From: Gemmatimonadaceae bacterium
GTDB taxonomy: Bacteria > Gemmatimonadota > Gemmatimonadetes > Gemmatimonadales > Gemmatimonadaceae
DNA length: 64,000 bases
Assembly (NCBI GenBank): GCA_035317285.1
Contig: DATHHC010000042.1
Span: 7,251 to 71,250 of the forward strand
Direction: 5' to 3'
Numbering within the stretch: position 1 is the first letter of the stretch; every line of letters begins with the position of its first letter. The notes under the pieces are model-generated. The model ran no database searches. It saw only the letters and a list, made by a program, of their open reading frames with translations, and was not told where the DNA came from. Shown here one piece after another: positions 39,211 through 49,013 of the stretch. The position numbers and the translations under genes are program-made.

Positions 39211-40056
39211 GTGTTAGTCGCACTTGTCATTCTCGCGCTGCTGGCGGGCTCGTTGTTGCTGCTCTGGCGCTCACAGGAGCGAATCCTGTTTCAGCCGCCT
39301 CGGCTGCGGGAGACGCCTCCCGAACCCGGGCGCGTCTCGTACGACACGGTGGATGGACAACGCCTCAGCGGCTTCATGGTCGGGGACCCCAGGAATGCGC
39401 CTGGCACTCTCCTCTGCTTCCACGGCAATGCCGACCTCGCCGTATGGCAGCTCGATTGGGCGCGGGGGGTAAACCGCCATACGCGGTACGCGGTTTTTCT
39501 CGCCGAGTACCGTGGTTACATGTCGCTTGGTGGAAATCCGACCTATTCGACCACGAAGCTCGACGCGCGGGGCGCCTATGACCATCTGCGAATCACGTTC
39601 GGTATCGATCGCAGCCGGATGGCCTACTTCGGTCACTCGCTCGGAAGCGGTGTCGCGGCCGAGCTTGCCGAAATCCATCCGCCTACCGCGTTGCTGCTCC
39701 AGTCGCCCTTTTCTTCCGCCCGCGCAATGGCGAGACTCATCGTGTGGCCGCCCATAAGTATCATCTGGAGGGCAATTTCTCGAGTTCACTTCGACACTAT
39801 ACGCGTTGTTTCGGAGCTCGATGTGCCGGTTTCGGTAGCACATGGCCGGCGCGACCGAGTTGTGCCATTCAGAATGGGTATTGAGGTTTACAAATCGGCG
39901 AAGAGAAAGGGGCAGCTTCTGACAGTGGAAAGAGCCGCGCACAGCGATATCGCCGATATCGCCGGCGATGAGTACTGGCGCTGGGTCGTCGAGGCGCTGC
40001 AGCCGCACGATAGCCCGCCACCTCCGGCTCGCACGCCAACGACCACCGTCAGGTAG
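39211..40056 (+). CDS. Membrane-anchored alpha/beta hydrolase
   Basis: N-terminal TM; FHGNA, EYRGY, GHSLG, HGRRDRVVP, H. Confidence 0.88.
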   Translation: MLVALVILALLAGSLLLLWRSQERILFQPPRLRETPPEPGRVSYDTVDGQRLSGFMVGDPRNAPGTLLCFHGNADLAVWQLDWARGVNRHTRYAVFLAEYRGYMSLGGNPTYSTTKLDARGAYDHLRITFGIDRSRMAYFGHSLGSGVAAELAEIHPPTALLLQSPFSSARAMARLIVWPPISIIWRAISRVHFDTIRVVSELDVPVSVAHGRRDRVVPFRMGIEVYKSAKRKGQLLTVERAAHSDIADIAGDEYWRWVVEALQPHDSPPPPARTPTTTVR

Positions 40057-40070
40057 TCTTCAGTTGACCC

Positions 40071-40112
40071 AAACAAAAACGGCCGCCCGGAATCAGGGCG
40101 GCCGTTTGTTTT
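40071..40112. terminator. Bidirectional intrinsic terminator
   Basis: AAACGGCCGCCC/GGGCGGCCGTTT stem flanked by A and T tracts, between convergent genes. Confidence 0.85.
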
Positions 40113-40121
40113 GAACCACGA

Positions 40122-41567
40122 TTACTGGATCGGCTGCCCTGATATATCCCTGATTACGATCGGCCCAAGGTTGACCGCCTTCAAACCCGTCTCGATTGTC
40201 TTCCGATCGCCGACTATTACGATTGCAAGCGAGCCGGGGTTGATATACTGCTGCGCGACCCTGGCCACATCGGCCTGGGTTACATCCTCGACGCTCTGCA
40301 CGTAATTGTTGTAATAGTCGAGAGGTAGCCCATAGAGCGCCACCGGCACCAGAGCTGCCGCAATCTCCTGTGTTGTCTCGAAATTTCCCGGAAGCTGGAG
40401 CTGGAGGTACCGTTTGGCACGGGATAGCTCGGTGGCGGGAACTGGTTGGCGAATTCCATTCAGCTCCTTCATGAACTCGAGCAGTGCTGAATCGCTCTTT
40501 GCCGTGACTATTTCGGCTGAAGCCAGAAAAGGCCCCGCCGCCCGTCTCATGTCGAAGCGCGAGCCGGCGCCATAGGTATAGCCTCGGGCTTCGCGGAGAT
40601 TCTGATTCAGCCTGCTGGTAAACGATCCACCAAGAATCGTGTTCATCACCGTCAGGGCGAAGTAGTCCGAAGTGGAGCGTGGAACTCCGACGGCACCGAT
40701 GCGAAAGGATGACTGTGCTGCGCCCGGCTTGTCGATGAGATAGACCGTCGTGGTGGTAGCCTTGGGAGGCTCGCCATAACTGAGCTGCGGAACATCAGCG
40801 CGCTGCCAGTTGCCGAACAGATTGTTGATTTTCTGTTCGATCTGCCCCGGAGTTACGTCTCCCACGACGATCAGCGTCGCGTTGTTTGGCTTGAAGCTGG
40901 CTTGGTAGTAGGCTTGCAGATCCGCCGCCGTCAAGGATTTCACCGAGGCTTCAGTTCCCATCGAAGGGATACCATATGGATGAGCGGTCCCATACACGAT
41001 CGCCGGGAACGCGATGTTGGCTATCGCCGGCCCTTGATCGCGAAGTTGTAGCAGCTCTGTGAGCCTCTGTTTCCGTATTCGCTCGAATTCGTTGGCCGGA
41101 AAGGATGGGTGGAGCGCGACATCTGCAAACAGCGCAAGCGCGCTATCCAGCTGCGCCGTCGGGGTGTGGAGCGTGAGAGTGCTCGACTCCCAGCTACTCG
41201 CCGGAAAGAGATTGATTCCCAGGAAAGCGATCTGATCCGCTATCTCGAGACTCTTCCTGGTCGTGGTTCCTTCCCTCAACATGGCCGAAACGAGATTCGC
41301 GACTCCCGGTTTCCCAGACGGATCAGCTGTGCTGCCACTGCCGACTACCAGCGCGAAATCGGCGAGTGGAAGCTCGTGCTGCTCGACGATCAGGAGCTTG
41401 AGTCCGTTCGGGAACTGTCTGGTGACGATCGGCGGAAGCGACACGCGTGGTGGTGGCCCAAGCTCGGGAGGCTTGCTCCGGTCAAAGGTTGCCTGGGCGG
41501 TCGCGACCGAGTGGATAGTGAGCAGGGCGAGGCCGCTCAGAACGCTCTTGGTTCCATTGAGCTTCAT
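40122..41567 (-). CDS. M16 peptidase, non-catalytic subunit (secreted)
   Basis: Signal peptide ATA-Q; SRLNQNLREARGYTYG; no HxxEH. Confidence 0.9.
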   Translation of the reverse strand: MKLNGTKSVLSGLALLTIHSVATAQATFDRSKPPELGPPPRVSLPPIVTRQFPNGLKLLIVEQHELPLADFALVVGSGSTADPSGKPGVANLVSAMLREGTTTRKSLEIADQIAFLGINLFPASSWESSTLTLHTPTAQLDSALALFADVALHPSFPANEFERIRKQRLTELLQLRDQGPAIANIAFPAIVYGTAHPYGIPSMGTEASVKSLTAADLQAYYQASFKPNNATLIVVGDVTPGQIEQKINNLFGNWQRADVPQLSYGEPPKATTTTVYLIDKPGAAQSSFRIGAVGVPRSTSDYFALTVMNTILGGSFTSRLNQNLREARGYTYGAGSRFDMRRAAGPFLASAEIVTAKSDSALLEFMKELNGIRQPVPATELSRAKRYLQLQLPGNFETTQEIAAALVPVALYGLPLDYYNNYVQSVEDVTQADVARVAQQYINPGSLAIVIVGDRKTIETGLKAVNLGPIVIRDISGQPIQ

Positions 41568-42943
41568 CGACCACCTCCGCCGGCGGTTAGCATCATCTCT
41601 TTCTTTCCCTCCGGAACGACGGTGAGAACGATTTTTGGCCGCCCAAGATAGGTCTTGGCGACCCGCTGTACGTCGGCCGCCGTGACACGCTCGTACCGAG
41701 CTGCATCCTGCTGAACGAAATCAGGATTCCCAATGAAGTAATTATAGGAGTTCAGTACTTCTGCCTTGCCCAGGTTGCTGGCGAGACGGTTTAAAAAACT
41801 CGCCTTATAGAGGTTCTGCGCTCGCTGAAGCTCACGTGGCGCAATTCCATTGCTGATGACGCTCGCGATCTCAGTCTTTACGATGCGGTCTATTTCGGCG
41901 ACACTTTGGCCCGGCTTCGGCGTCACGTTGATCTGGAACTTTCCGTCCAGCCGCGATCCGTCCTGAAATGCGCCGACATTCTGCGCGATCTGAAGCTCGT
42001 ACACGAGCTTCTTGTACAGACGCGAGTTTTTGTCATTGGCGACGACCTGCGCGAGAATATCCAGCGCTGCGTCGTCCTTGGAGAAGCCTTTCACCGAGTG
42101 CCAGGTATAGTAGACTCGCGGCAGCTGAACCTTGTCCTCGAGAACGAGGAACGTATCGCGTGGGATCACCACCGCCGGAACCGTCAGCCTGCGCTTGACC
42201 TCAGGACCAGGAGGGATGGTCCCGAAATACTGAACCACCAGCTTCTTCACGGCTACGGGATCGAAATCTCCAGCGATCGTCAGCGTTGCATTATTTGGGG
42301 CATAATACGTTCTGAAGAAATTCTGTACGTCCGCCAGCGATGCAGCACTGAGATCCGTCATCGAGCCGATCACGGGCCATGAGTACGGATGAGACTTTGG
42401 ATAAAGCACTGCAAGGATGGTCTCATCCGCTCTGCCGTACGGCTGGTTGTCCACGCGTTGACGGCGCTCGTTCTTCACGACATCGCGCTGAAGGTTCACC
42501 TTCGCGAGGTCCATCGTCGGGAGCAGGAAGCCCATCCGGTCGGCATCCAACCAAAGCGCCAGCGCAAGCGCGTTCGAGGGCAGGGTCTCGTAATAATTGG
42601 TACGATCTTCCGTTGTCGAGCCGTTATTGTCGGCCCCGGCTGCCTCAAGCATCTGATCGAATGCTCCAACAGGAACGTTCTGCGAGCCCATGAACATGAT
42701 GTGCTCAAACAGATGCGCGAACCCTGTCCGGCCAACTTGCTCGTCACCAGAGCCGACGTGGTACCAGGTGTCGACCGCGACGATGGGCGTGGAATGATCC
42801 TCGTGGAGGATCACCTCGAGACCGTTCGGAAGCTTGTATTTCTCGAACTGGATACGGGGAGTGGCCTGCGCGTTGACGCGCGAGCCGGCCAGAGTGGCGA
42901 CACTTAAGTAGCATAACGCCACTAAAATGGTGTTCCTCTTCAC
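41564..42943 (-). CDS. M16 zinc peptidase, catalytic subunit (secreted)
   Basis: Signal peptide VNA-Q; GFAHLFEHIMF. Confidence 0.92.
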   Translation of the reverse strand: MKRNTILVALCYLSVATLAGSRVNAQATPRIQFEKYKLPNGLEVILHEDHSTPIVAVDTWYHVGSGDEQVGRTGFAHLFEHIMFMGSQNVPVGAFDQMLEAAGADNNGSTTEDRTNYYETLPSNALALALWLDADRMGFLLPTMDLAKVNLQRDVVKNERRQRVDNQPYGRADETILAVLYPKSHPYSWPVIGSMTDLSAASLADVQNFFRTYYAPNNATLTIAGDFDPVAVKKLVVQYFGTIPPGPEVKRRLTVPAVVIPRDTFLVLEDKVQLPRVYYTWHSVKGFSKDDAALDILAQVVANDKNSRLYKKLVYELQIAQNVGAFQDGSRLDGKFQINVTPKPGQSVAEIDRIVKTEIASVISNGIAPRELQRAQNLYKASFLNRLASNLGKAEVLNSYNYFIGNPDFVQQDAARYERVTAADVQRVAKTYLGRPKIVLTVVPEGKKEMMLTAGGGGR

Positions 42944-43578
42944 AACTTCCTCTCGAAAAAGAAGGCGAGCGGTGCTTTCAGCGATTCGCTAAAGATATAC
43001 TTCCAGCGAGCCTCCCGGTTTGGCGAGATCGGGCTGGTTTGCGTCGGAGATGTGTAGGGTGTGAATCCGAACCGCCTTGCCAGTATCCGCAGCCGCAACA
43101 TGTGAAATGGATCGCTCACGAGGAGGGCCGTTGTCAGGCCGCGCACCTCGAGCATCCCGGCGACCGCACGCATCGACTCGCTGGTGGTTCGGCCCGCGTT
43201 CTCCACCAGAATGGCGCTGTCTGGTACGCCTTTCTTCCGGGCATAGGTCCTTCCCACCGCTGCTTCGCTGGTAGTGTCGCCAGCTCCTGTTCCCCCCGTA
43301 AGAATCAGTAGAGACGCCAGGTGGCGGTTCCACAAATCCAGCCCGTGATCGAGCCGGGCACGAAGGACAGGCGATGGTTTGCCCGCGTATTGCGCGGCAC
43401 CAAGCACGACAATCGCCTGCGCGGGCTGCGCTTCATCGCGCGAGCTCCAAACGAGAACAGCCGTAGCAGACGCGATCCAGAGCGCGAATGCCACTACGAC
43501 TACCACCGTCAGTATTCGCCGAACGATCTTTACGGCATGTTTTGCTTTCGCAGCAGCAGCAGCGGCAGCACGCTTCAT
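42940..43578 (-). CDS. YdcF/DUF218 (ElyC/SanA-like) protein
   Basis: TM; AIVVLGAA, ILTGG, SEA, VSDPFHMLR. Confidence 0.88.
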   Translation of the reverse strand: MKRAAAAAAAKAKHAVKIVRRILTVVVVVAFALWIASATAVLVWSSRDEAQPAQAIVVLGAAQYAGKPSPVLRARLDHGLDLWNRHLASLLILTGGTGAGDTTSEAAVGRTYARKKGVPDSAILVENAGRTTSESMRAVAGMLEVRGLTTALLVSDPFHMLRLRILARRFGFTPYTSPTQTSPISPNREARWKYIFSESLKAPLAFFFERKL

Positions 43579-43593
43579 CCGTTGGAAGCTATG

Positions 43594-44976
43594 CTAGAAA
43601 GCACGTCTCGTGTGAGGCTCCGGGCATTCGACAGAATACCCCTTGGCTGCCAGCGCGGCCTTGAATTCGTCCTGAACCGGAGCTTCTCCGTGTACCAGCC
43701 AGATCGGCCCCAATTTCGGTGATTTCTCCTTGACGCGTCCGAGCCATGTCGCCAGCTCGGTTCGATCCGCGTGCGCGCTATACCCGTCGATGACCTCGAC
43801 GCGCGCGTTGAGAGCGACATCCTCCCCAAATATCTGGAGAACCGGCTGTCTCTCCACGACCCTTCGGCCAAGCGTATGCTCGGCTTGAAACCCGACCACC
43901 AGGATCGTATTCCGCGGATCCCCTGCTCCTTGCGCGAGGTGATGTAGAATTCGTCCGTTTTCCATCATCCCCGACGCGGCAATCACGATCATCGGCCCGT
44001 GAGACCGCGAAATGGCCTTCGACTCCTCGACATCGCGCGTGTAATGGAGAAGGTCGAAACGGAAAAGCTCATCCACCTTCCGTACCATTTCTTCGGATCT
44101 GTCGAAGCTTTCCGGGTGCATCTCGAATACGGTTGTCGCATCGATTGCCAACGGGCTGTCGACATAAATTGGAATCGCCGGGATCGCGCCCTCTCGGACG
44201 AGTCCATGAAGCGCGTAGATAATCTCCTGCGTGCGAGCAACCGCAAATGCTGGGATGAGAATACGACCTCCTCGTCCTGCGGTCTCGCGAACCACCTGCG
44301 CCAATTGCGCTCGGGCACCCTCCACAGACTCGTGGTCCCTGTTCCCGTAGGTCGATTCCATGATCAGGGCGTCGGCACCCTCTGGGGGGACTGGGTCCCG
44401 GACTATGGCGAGACCACCTCTGCCAATGTCCCCGGAGAAAACAAGCCGCTTCGTCTTCCCGTCCTCTGTGCAATCGACAAGAACGGATGCTGAGCCGAGT
44501 ATGTGTCCGGCGTCGACATAGCTGGCTCGCACACCCGGAACGACGTCGAAAGGCTTGTTGTAGGGAACCCCGATCATCAGATCCATCGTACGGACCGCGT
44601 GGCGCATACCATACAGCGGCTCGATGAACTCCTTCTTCCTCTTGGCCAGAAACTCGGCGTCCTTTTCCTGGATGTGTGCCGAGTCGGCGAGCATTATCGC
44701 ACACAGGTCTCTGGTTGCCGCCGTTGCCCAGATGGTGTTGCCGTACCCCTCAGCAATCAGGTACGGAAGACGCCCCGAATGGTCAATGTGGGCGTGCGAG
44801 AGGATAACGGCATCGAGGTCCTTGATCGCCAGCGGAAGCTTGCGGTTCTTCTCGGCTGAGTCCTGGCGTTTTCCCTGAAACATCCCGCAGTCGAGCGCTA
44901 CGGTGTAGCCGTTGACGTGAAGGAGATGACAGGAACCGGTGACTTCGCGAGCGGCACCAACAAACGTTATCTCCAA
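43594..44976 (-). CDS. Beta-CASP MBL-fold ribonuclease
   Basis: GAAREVTGS, SHAHIDHSG, AGHILGS, MESTYG, YSAHAD, LVHGE. Confidence 0.92.
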   Translation of the reverse strand: MEITFVGAAREVTGSCHLLHVNGYTVALDCGMFQGKRQDSAEKNRKLPLAIKDLDAVILSHAHIDHSGRLPYLIAEGYGNTIWATAATRDLCAIMLADSAHIQEKDAEFLAKRKKEFIEPLYGMRHAVRTMDLMIGVPYNKPFDVVPGVRASYVDAGHILGSASVLVDCTEDGKTKRLVFSGDIGRGGLAIVRDPVPPEGADALIMESTYGNRDHESVEGARAQLAQVVRETAGRGGRILIPAFAVARTQEIIYALHGLVREGAIPAIPIYVDSPLAIDATTVFEMHPESFDRSEEMVRKVDELFRFDLLHYTRDVEESKAISRSHGPMIVIAASGMMENGRILHHLAQGAGDPRNTILVVGFQAEHTLGRRVVERQPVLQIFGEDVALNARVEVIDGYSAHADRTELATWLGRVKEKSPKLGPIWLVHGEAPVQDEFKAALAAKGYSVECPEPHTRRAF

Positions 44977-44980
44977 ACTG

Positions 44981-45157
44981 CTAACCTTCGGCTACGGCAT
45001 CGCGCTGAAACAGGATCGTGAGCCGTTGCTCGTCCTGCGACATCAACGCCGGCTCCCACCCTCCTCGGCTTCGCTCGTTCAGAAGGTCGGTCAGTGTGTC
45101 CTCGTCCTCACGCGTATGACGCGTCAGCTTGACCACCACAGCCTGGTATTCTTTCAT
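44981..45157 (-). CDS. Small DUF4177-like protein (58 aa)
   Basis: Manual translation, below track cutoff: MKEYQAVVVKLTRHTREDEDTLTDLLNERSRGGWEPALMSQDEQRLTILFQRDAVAEG (EY...LN..G..GWE...F.R pattern). Confidence 0.75.
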   Translation of the reverse strand: MKEYQAVVVKLTRHTREDEDTLTDLLNERSRGGWEPALMSQDEQRLTILFQRDAVAEG

Positions 45158-45221
45158 TAGGGATTAGAGATTATGAGCCGGTGAGTGTTCGCACTACTGA
45201 TGCCGAAATCCCGGGGCGAGA

Positions 45222-45872
45222 ATGATTGAGCGTGTCGAGGAATTCCCCTCTCTGACTATTATCCGGCATCCCCTCGTTCAGCACAAGCTGACGATACTGC
45301 GCGATAAGCAGACAGAGACTAAAACCTTCAAGGAGCTGGTCGATGAGATCGCCATGCTCATGGCCTACGAGGCCACGAGTGAGCTGAGTCTCGAGCCAAG
45401 GGAGGTGAACACGCCGCTGGAGAAAGCGACGGGTTGGCATATCAGCGGCAAGAAGCTGACGCTGGTGCCGATTCTGCGCGCTGGGCTGGGAATGGTCGAG
45501 GGAATTCTCCGCCTCGTGCCATCGGCGCGCGTGGGCCACATCGGACTCTACCGGGATCACGGCACCCTGCAACCCGTCGACTACTACTTCAAGGTGCCGG
45601 GGGACACAGCTGAACGGGATTTCTTCCTGCTGGACCCGATGCTCGCGACCGGAGGAAGTGCTGCCGCTGCCGTCGCTTCGTTGAAGCGGGCAGGCGCGAA
45701 CCGGATTCGATTTCTTTGTTTAGTTGCCGCGCCCGAGGGAGTCCGCTATCTCAGCGGAGTGCATCCCGACGTTCAGATTTATTGCGCAGCTCTCGATCGG
45801 CAACTCAACAGCCAGGGTTACATACTGCCGGGTCTCGGCGATGCCGGAGACAGGTTGTTCGGCACTCGCTGA
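45222..45872 (+). CDS. upp: Uracil phosphoribosyltransferase
   Basis: [40 protein letters not shown]. Confidence 0.97.
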   Translation: MIERVEEFPSLTIIRHPLVQHKLTILRDKQTETKTFKELVDEIAMLMAYEATSELSLEPREVNTPLEKATGWHISGKKLTLVPILRAGLGMVEGILRLVPSARVGHIGLYRDHGTLQPVDYYFKVPGDTAERDFFLLDPMLATGGSAAAAVASLKRAGANRIRFLCLVAAPEGVRYLSGVHPDVQIYCAALDRQLNSQGYILPGLGDAGDRLFGTR

Positions 45873-45875
45873 GCG

Positions 45876-46526
45876 CTAGCCGAACCACTCCCTGGGATTC
45901 AGCCTCTGCTGATCAGCGGCGTCGACGACCCATTGCTGGCCCTGGCGATCTGTTACCTCACCGGCGACGCGCTCGAACCAGAGTGTCGCCTTTTTCGTAT
46001 CTCCGATTCGCCTCCACAGCTCCCCGACCAGGTAGGTGAGGATTGCCCGCTCTTCCCTCGGAACCGCGTCGTAGGCCTCGAGTGATTCCTCGAACATCCA
46101 CGCGGCCTGCCGGCGGAAGTAGCGCTCCGCCTCCGCGTCTCCCTCATCGACGCAGCACCACGCGGCGCGAAGAAGGAGATCCGCGATGTGACGGGGGTCC
46201 AGACCTTGCCACTGGGCAACCTTGGCGGCTGCCTCATACTTCTCCGAGCCGCAAACCAGCGACAATCGGAGCGGAGCGAGCTCCTGGAACACATGCTGTT
46301 TCAGTCCCGGGCTCACATCTGCCGCAGCTGTAAAGTCGGCTTCTGCACCAGAGTAACCGCACGCGCTGCACATGTGTACGAGGTAGGCGAGCGGCTGGGT
46401 TCCAGCGGCTCGTTCATGGAAATCCGTCCTTTTGCCACCGAACGCGTTCGTCGAAACCACGCTCTGAGACTTGAACTCGTTGTCGCACACGGGACAACGA
46501 AGCTCGATCTGACGCAGCGTTGTCAT
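45876..46526 (-). CDS. DUF2225-like Zn-ribbon + TPR protein
   Basis: CPVC...CSACGY, LRAAW, YLVGELWRRIG; ATG at 46526 after AGGAGG. Confidence 0.8.
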   Translation of the reverse strand: MTTLRQIELRCPVCDNEFKSQSVVSTNAFGGKRTDFHERAAGTQPLAYLVHMCSACGYSGAEADFTAAADVSPGLKQHVFQELAPLRLSLVCGSEKYEAAAKVAQWQGLDPRHIADLLLRAAWCCVDEGDAEAERYFRRQAAWMFEESLEAYDAVPREERAILTYLVGELWRRIGDTKKATLWFERVAGEVTDRQGQQWVVDAADQQRLNPREWFG

Positions 46527-46698
46527 GGGTTGCTCCTCCTTGCAGCGCTTCGAACTCTCAGAAATACAAGAGGAATATCTGTGCCATGATTTCAAAATGG
46601 ATGTGGAAGAGATCGGCCTTGTTGAGAGTTTGAGTGGATTGTATCTTCTCGCATCGCAAAAACCGCGACTGGCTCCCCACCCCGCGACCTGGTCGTTG

Positions 46699-47637
46699 AT
46701 GCTCATCAACCTACTGCCTGACTTCTTTGCAGTTCACAACAGTACAGACCGTGTCGCCGCCTATCTCCGCTACTTCGAAAACCACCGCCGCTTCCTAGAA
46801 GCCTACTGGCACAACTATGTGCTGGACCCGGCAGGGCCGCATTTCCTGGAAGTCGTTCGATCTGCCGCACTTGCGAGCCGTGTAGATCTCCGCACGATGC
46901 TCGAGAGAATCGATGTCGTCTCCCTTGCCCGAAACACTGAAGAGCAATGTCGAACTCTTTTCGACATCGACACGGATATTGACGTCGTGCTCATGGTTGG
47001 CGTCGGTGCGGCGAATGCCGGCGAGCTCGTAGTCGAAGGAAAGGGAGTTGCGTTCGTCTGCCTCGAACATTTCACCAGCGTGACGAACCCCGAGACCCAG
47101 GGCCTTGGCCTCGACCCGGAATTAATCCCGCTATGGCTGACCCACGAGATCGCACACACGGTCCGCTATACCTCGCCGACCAGCCGAAGCGAGATGAAAC
47201 AGCTGATCGATGATGCGGGTGGATACTACTCCTATTGGGAAACCGGCAGGCGATCCTCGCTGCGCGAGCTCATGATCAACGAGGGCCTCGCGACGATCGC
47301 GTCGAGAACTGTCAGCCCCGGACATGCTGCATGGGAGTACTACGGATACACGAGACGCGAGTACGCGAGCGTACGTGAGCTCGAGCCGTTGATGACGAGG
47401 ACCCTCAAGGGCGATCTCGATCGGGCCGGCTTGGGACTGCGACTCCGGTACCTCTCCGGTGGAATGAGTGATGACGCTCGAACCGTCGAACGCCATGTCT
47501 TCCCCGAGCGAAGCGGCTACTTTCTTGGTACAAAGATGGTCGAGGAAGCTGTAAACTCGCGCGGACTCTCTTGGGCGATCCGCGCCAGTGCAAGCGAGAT
47601 CACGTCGCTCTCCAGCTCTGCTGCTGCCTCAGCTTAG
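46699..47637 (+). CDS. Putative Zn-dependent protease (DUF2268-like)
   Basis: HEIAH, then NEGLA third-ligand motif, then SGYFLG. Confidence 0.7.
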   Translation: MLINLLPDFFAVHNSTDRVAAYLRYFENHRRFLEAYWHNYVLDPAGPHFLEVVRSAALASRVDLRTMLERIDVVSLARNTEEQCRTLFDIDTDIDVVLMVGVGAANAGELVVEGKGVAFVCLEHFTSVTNPETQGLGLDPELIPLWLTHEIAHTVRYTSPTSRSEMKQLIDDAGGYYSYWETGRRSSLRELMINEGLATIASRTVSPGHAAWEYYGYTRREYASVRELEPLMTRTLKGDLDRAGLGLRLRYLSGGMSDDARTVERHVFPERSGYFLGTKMVEEAVNSRGLSWAIRASASEITSLSSSAAASA

Positions 47638-47639
47638 GT

Positions 47640-49013
47640 CTATTTTCCCACACAAAAAGAGCTGAACACCCGGTCGAGGACATCCTCGACCTCCACGGTC
47701 CCTATCAGCTCTTCGAGTGCGCAGACAGCGGTGCGAAGGTGGACAGCAGCAACCGTCGCCGGAAGTTTCTCCTCCCTCCAGGCGTGCGTAAACTGCTCGA
47801 GCTCGGAGCGGGCAGTGCTGATCGCCTTCCGATGGCGTGCTCTCGTCAGAATGGGCAAGTCCGGCGCGATCTCTCCGTGGCTCGTGTCCAGCGTATCATC
47901 GATGGCCCCCAGCAGCTCCTGAAGGCCAGCCCCTGTTTCAGCACTGACTCGAATCGCAACGGATGCAGGGGCCAGTTCGTCTCGTTCTGATACTAAATCG
48001 CTTTTGGTGCGAACGGCGAGGATTGGTGCTGTCGAGCTACGAGCAACCAGGCTTGTTGTCTCCCCGAGGCTCTTTGAATTCTCCGCGCAGGCGAGTACGA
48101 CGTGCGCGTTCGCCAGGTAGCGCTCGCTTACCTCAATACCAAGGAGCTCGATCCGGTCTTCAGTCTCCCGAAGGCCGGCCGTATCCACGAGACGAAGGGG
48201 CCATTTGCCACTATCGATGACCGCCTCGAGAGCATCACGCGTCGTGCCGGGGATTTCCGTCACGATCGCGCGCGATCTGCCGAGCAGCGCGTTGAAGAGG
48301 GACGACTTACCGACATTCGGTGGGCCGGCGATAACAACGATTGCACCTTCACGGATGACTTCGCCGGCCGGAGCGGTAGCCAGAAGGCCATCGAGAGATC
48401 GCCCAATCCCTTCCGCGGTCTGATCGATCTTTTTTCGAGGAACGGGTCCATCGTCCTCTTCCGGGAAGTCAACGTCGTAGGCAATCAATGCCTCGAGTCC
48501 GATCAGGTCATTCCTCAGACCGAGGAGCCGACGCGACAACCCTCCATCGAGCTGACCAAGAGCCGTCCGCTGCATGACGTGAGAGCTCGCATCAATCAGA
48601 TCGCCAATCGCCTCGGCCTGGACGATGTCCAGTTTGCCGTTCAGTACGGCGCGCCGCGTGAATTCTCCCGGCGTCGCCTGTCGCGCACCGGACGAAATCA
48701 GCGCCGCGACTATCGTGCTTGGAACGAGGTAGCCGCCGTGTGTCGAGATTTCAACTGTGTCATCCCCGGTGAAGGAATTCGGGCCTGGGAACAGCGTTAC
48801 GAGTGCTTGATCGAGTTTTTGGTCGCGATCGAATACATCACACAAATGGCTCGCTCGCGCTTCAGGCGGCCAGGATGGCAGGTGCTTCGCGGCGATCGAG
48901 AACGCATCCGGACCACTCAGCCTGACGAGAGCAATGGCGCCACGGCCAGGCGCGCTCGCCACCGCGACTATCGTATCCTCGATCTGTGCAGCGCTCGCCC
49001 CCGTTGAGATCAC
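47640..49013 (-). CDS. mnmE: tRNA modification GTPase MnmE
   Basis: SFTGDD, GEFTRRA, GPPNVGKSS, GTTRD, DTAG, FCVGK end. Confidence 0.97.
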   Translation of the reverse strand: MISTGASAAQIEDTIVAVASAPGRGAIALVRLSGPDAFSIAAKHLPSWPPEARASHLCDVFDRDQKLDQALVTLFPGPNSFTGDDTVEISTHGGYLVPSTIVAALISSGARQATPGEFTRRAVLNGKLDIVQAEAIGDLIDASSHVMQRTALGQLDGGLSRRLLGLRNDLIGLEALIAYDVDFPEEDDGPVPRKKIDQTAEGIGRSLDGLLATAPAGEVIREGAIVVIAGPPNVGKSSLFNALLGRSRAIVTEIPGTTRDALEAVIDSGKWPLRLVDTAGLRETEDRIELLGIEVSERYLANAHVVLACAENSKSLGETTSLVARSSTAPILAVRTKSDLVSERDELAPASVAIRVSAETGAGLQELLGAIDDTLDTSHGEIAPDLPILTRARHRKAISTARSELEQFTHAWREEKLPATVAAVHLRTAVCALEELIGTVEVEDVLDRVFSSFCVGK

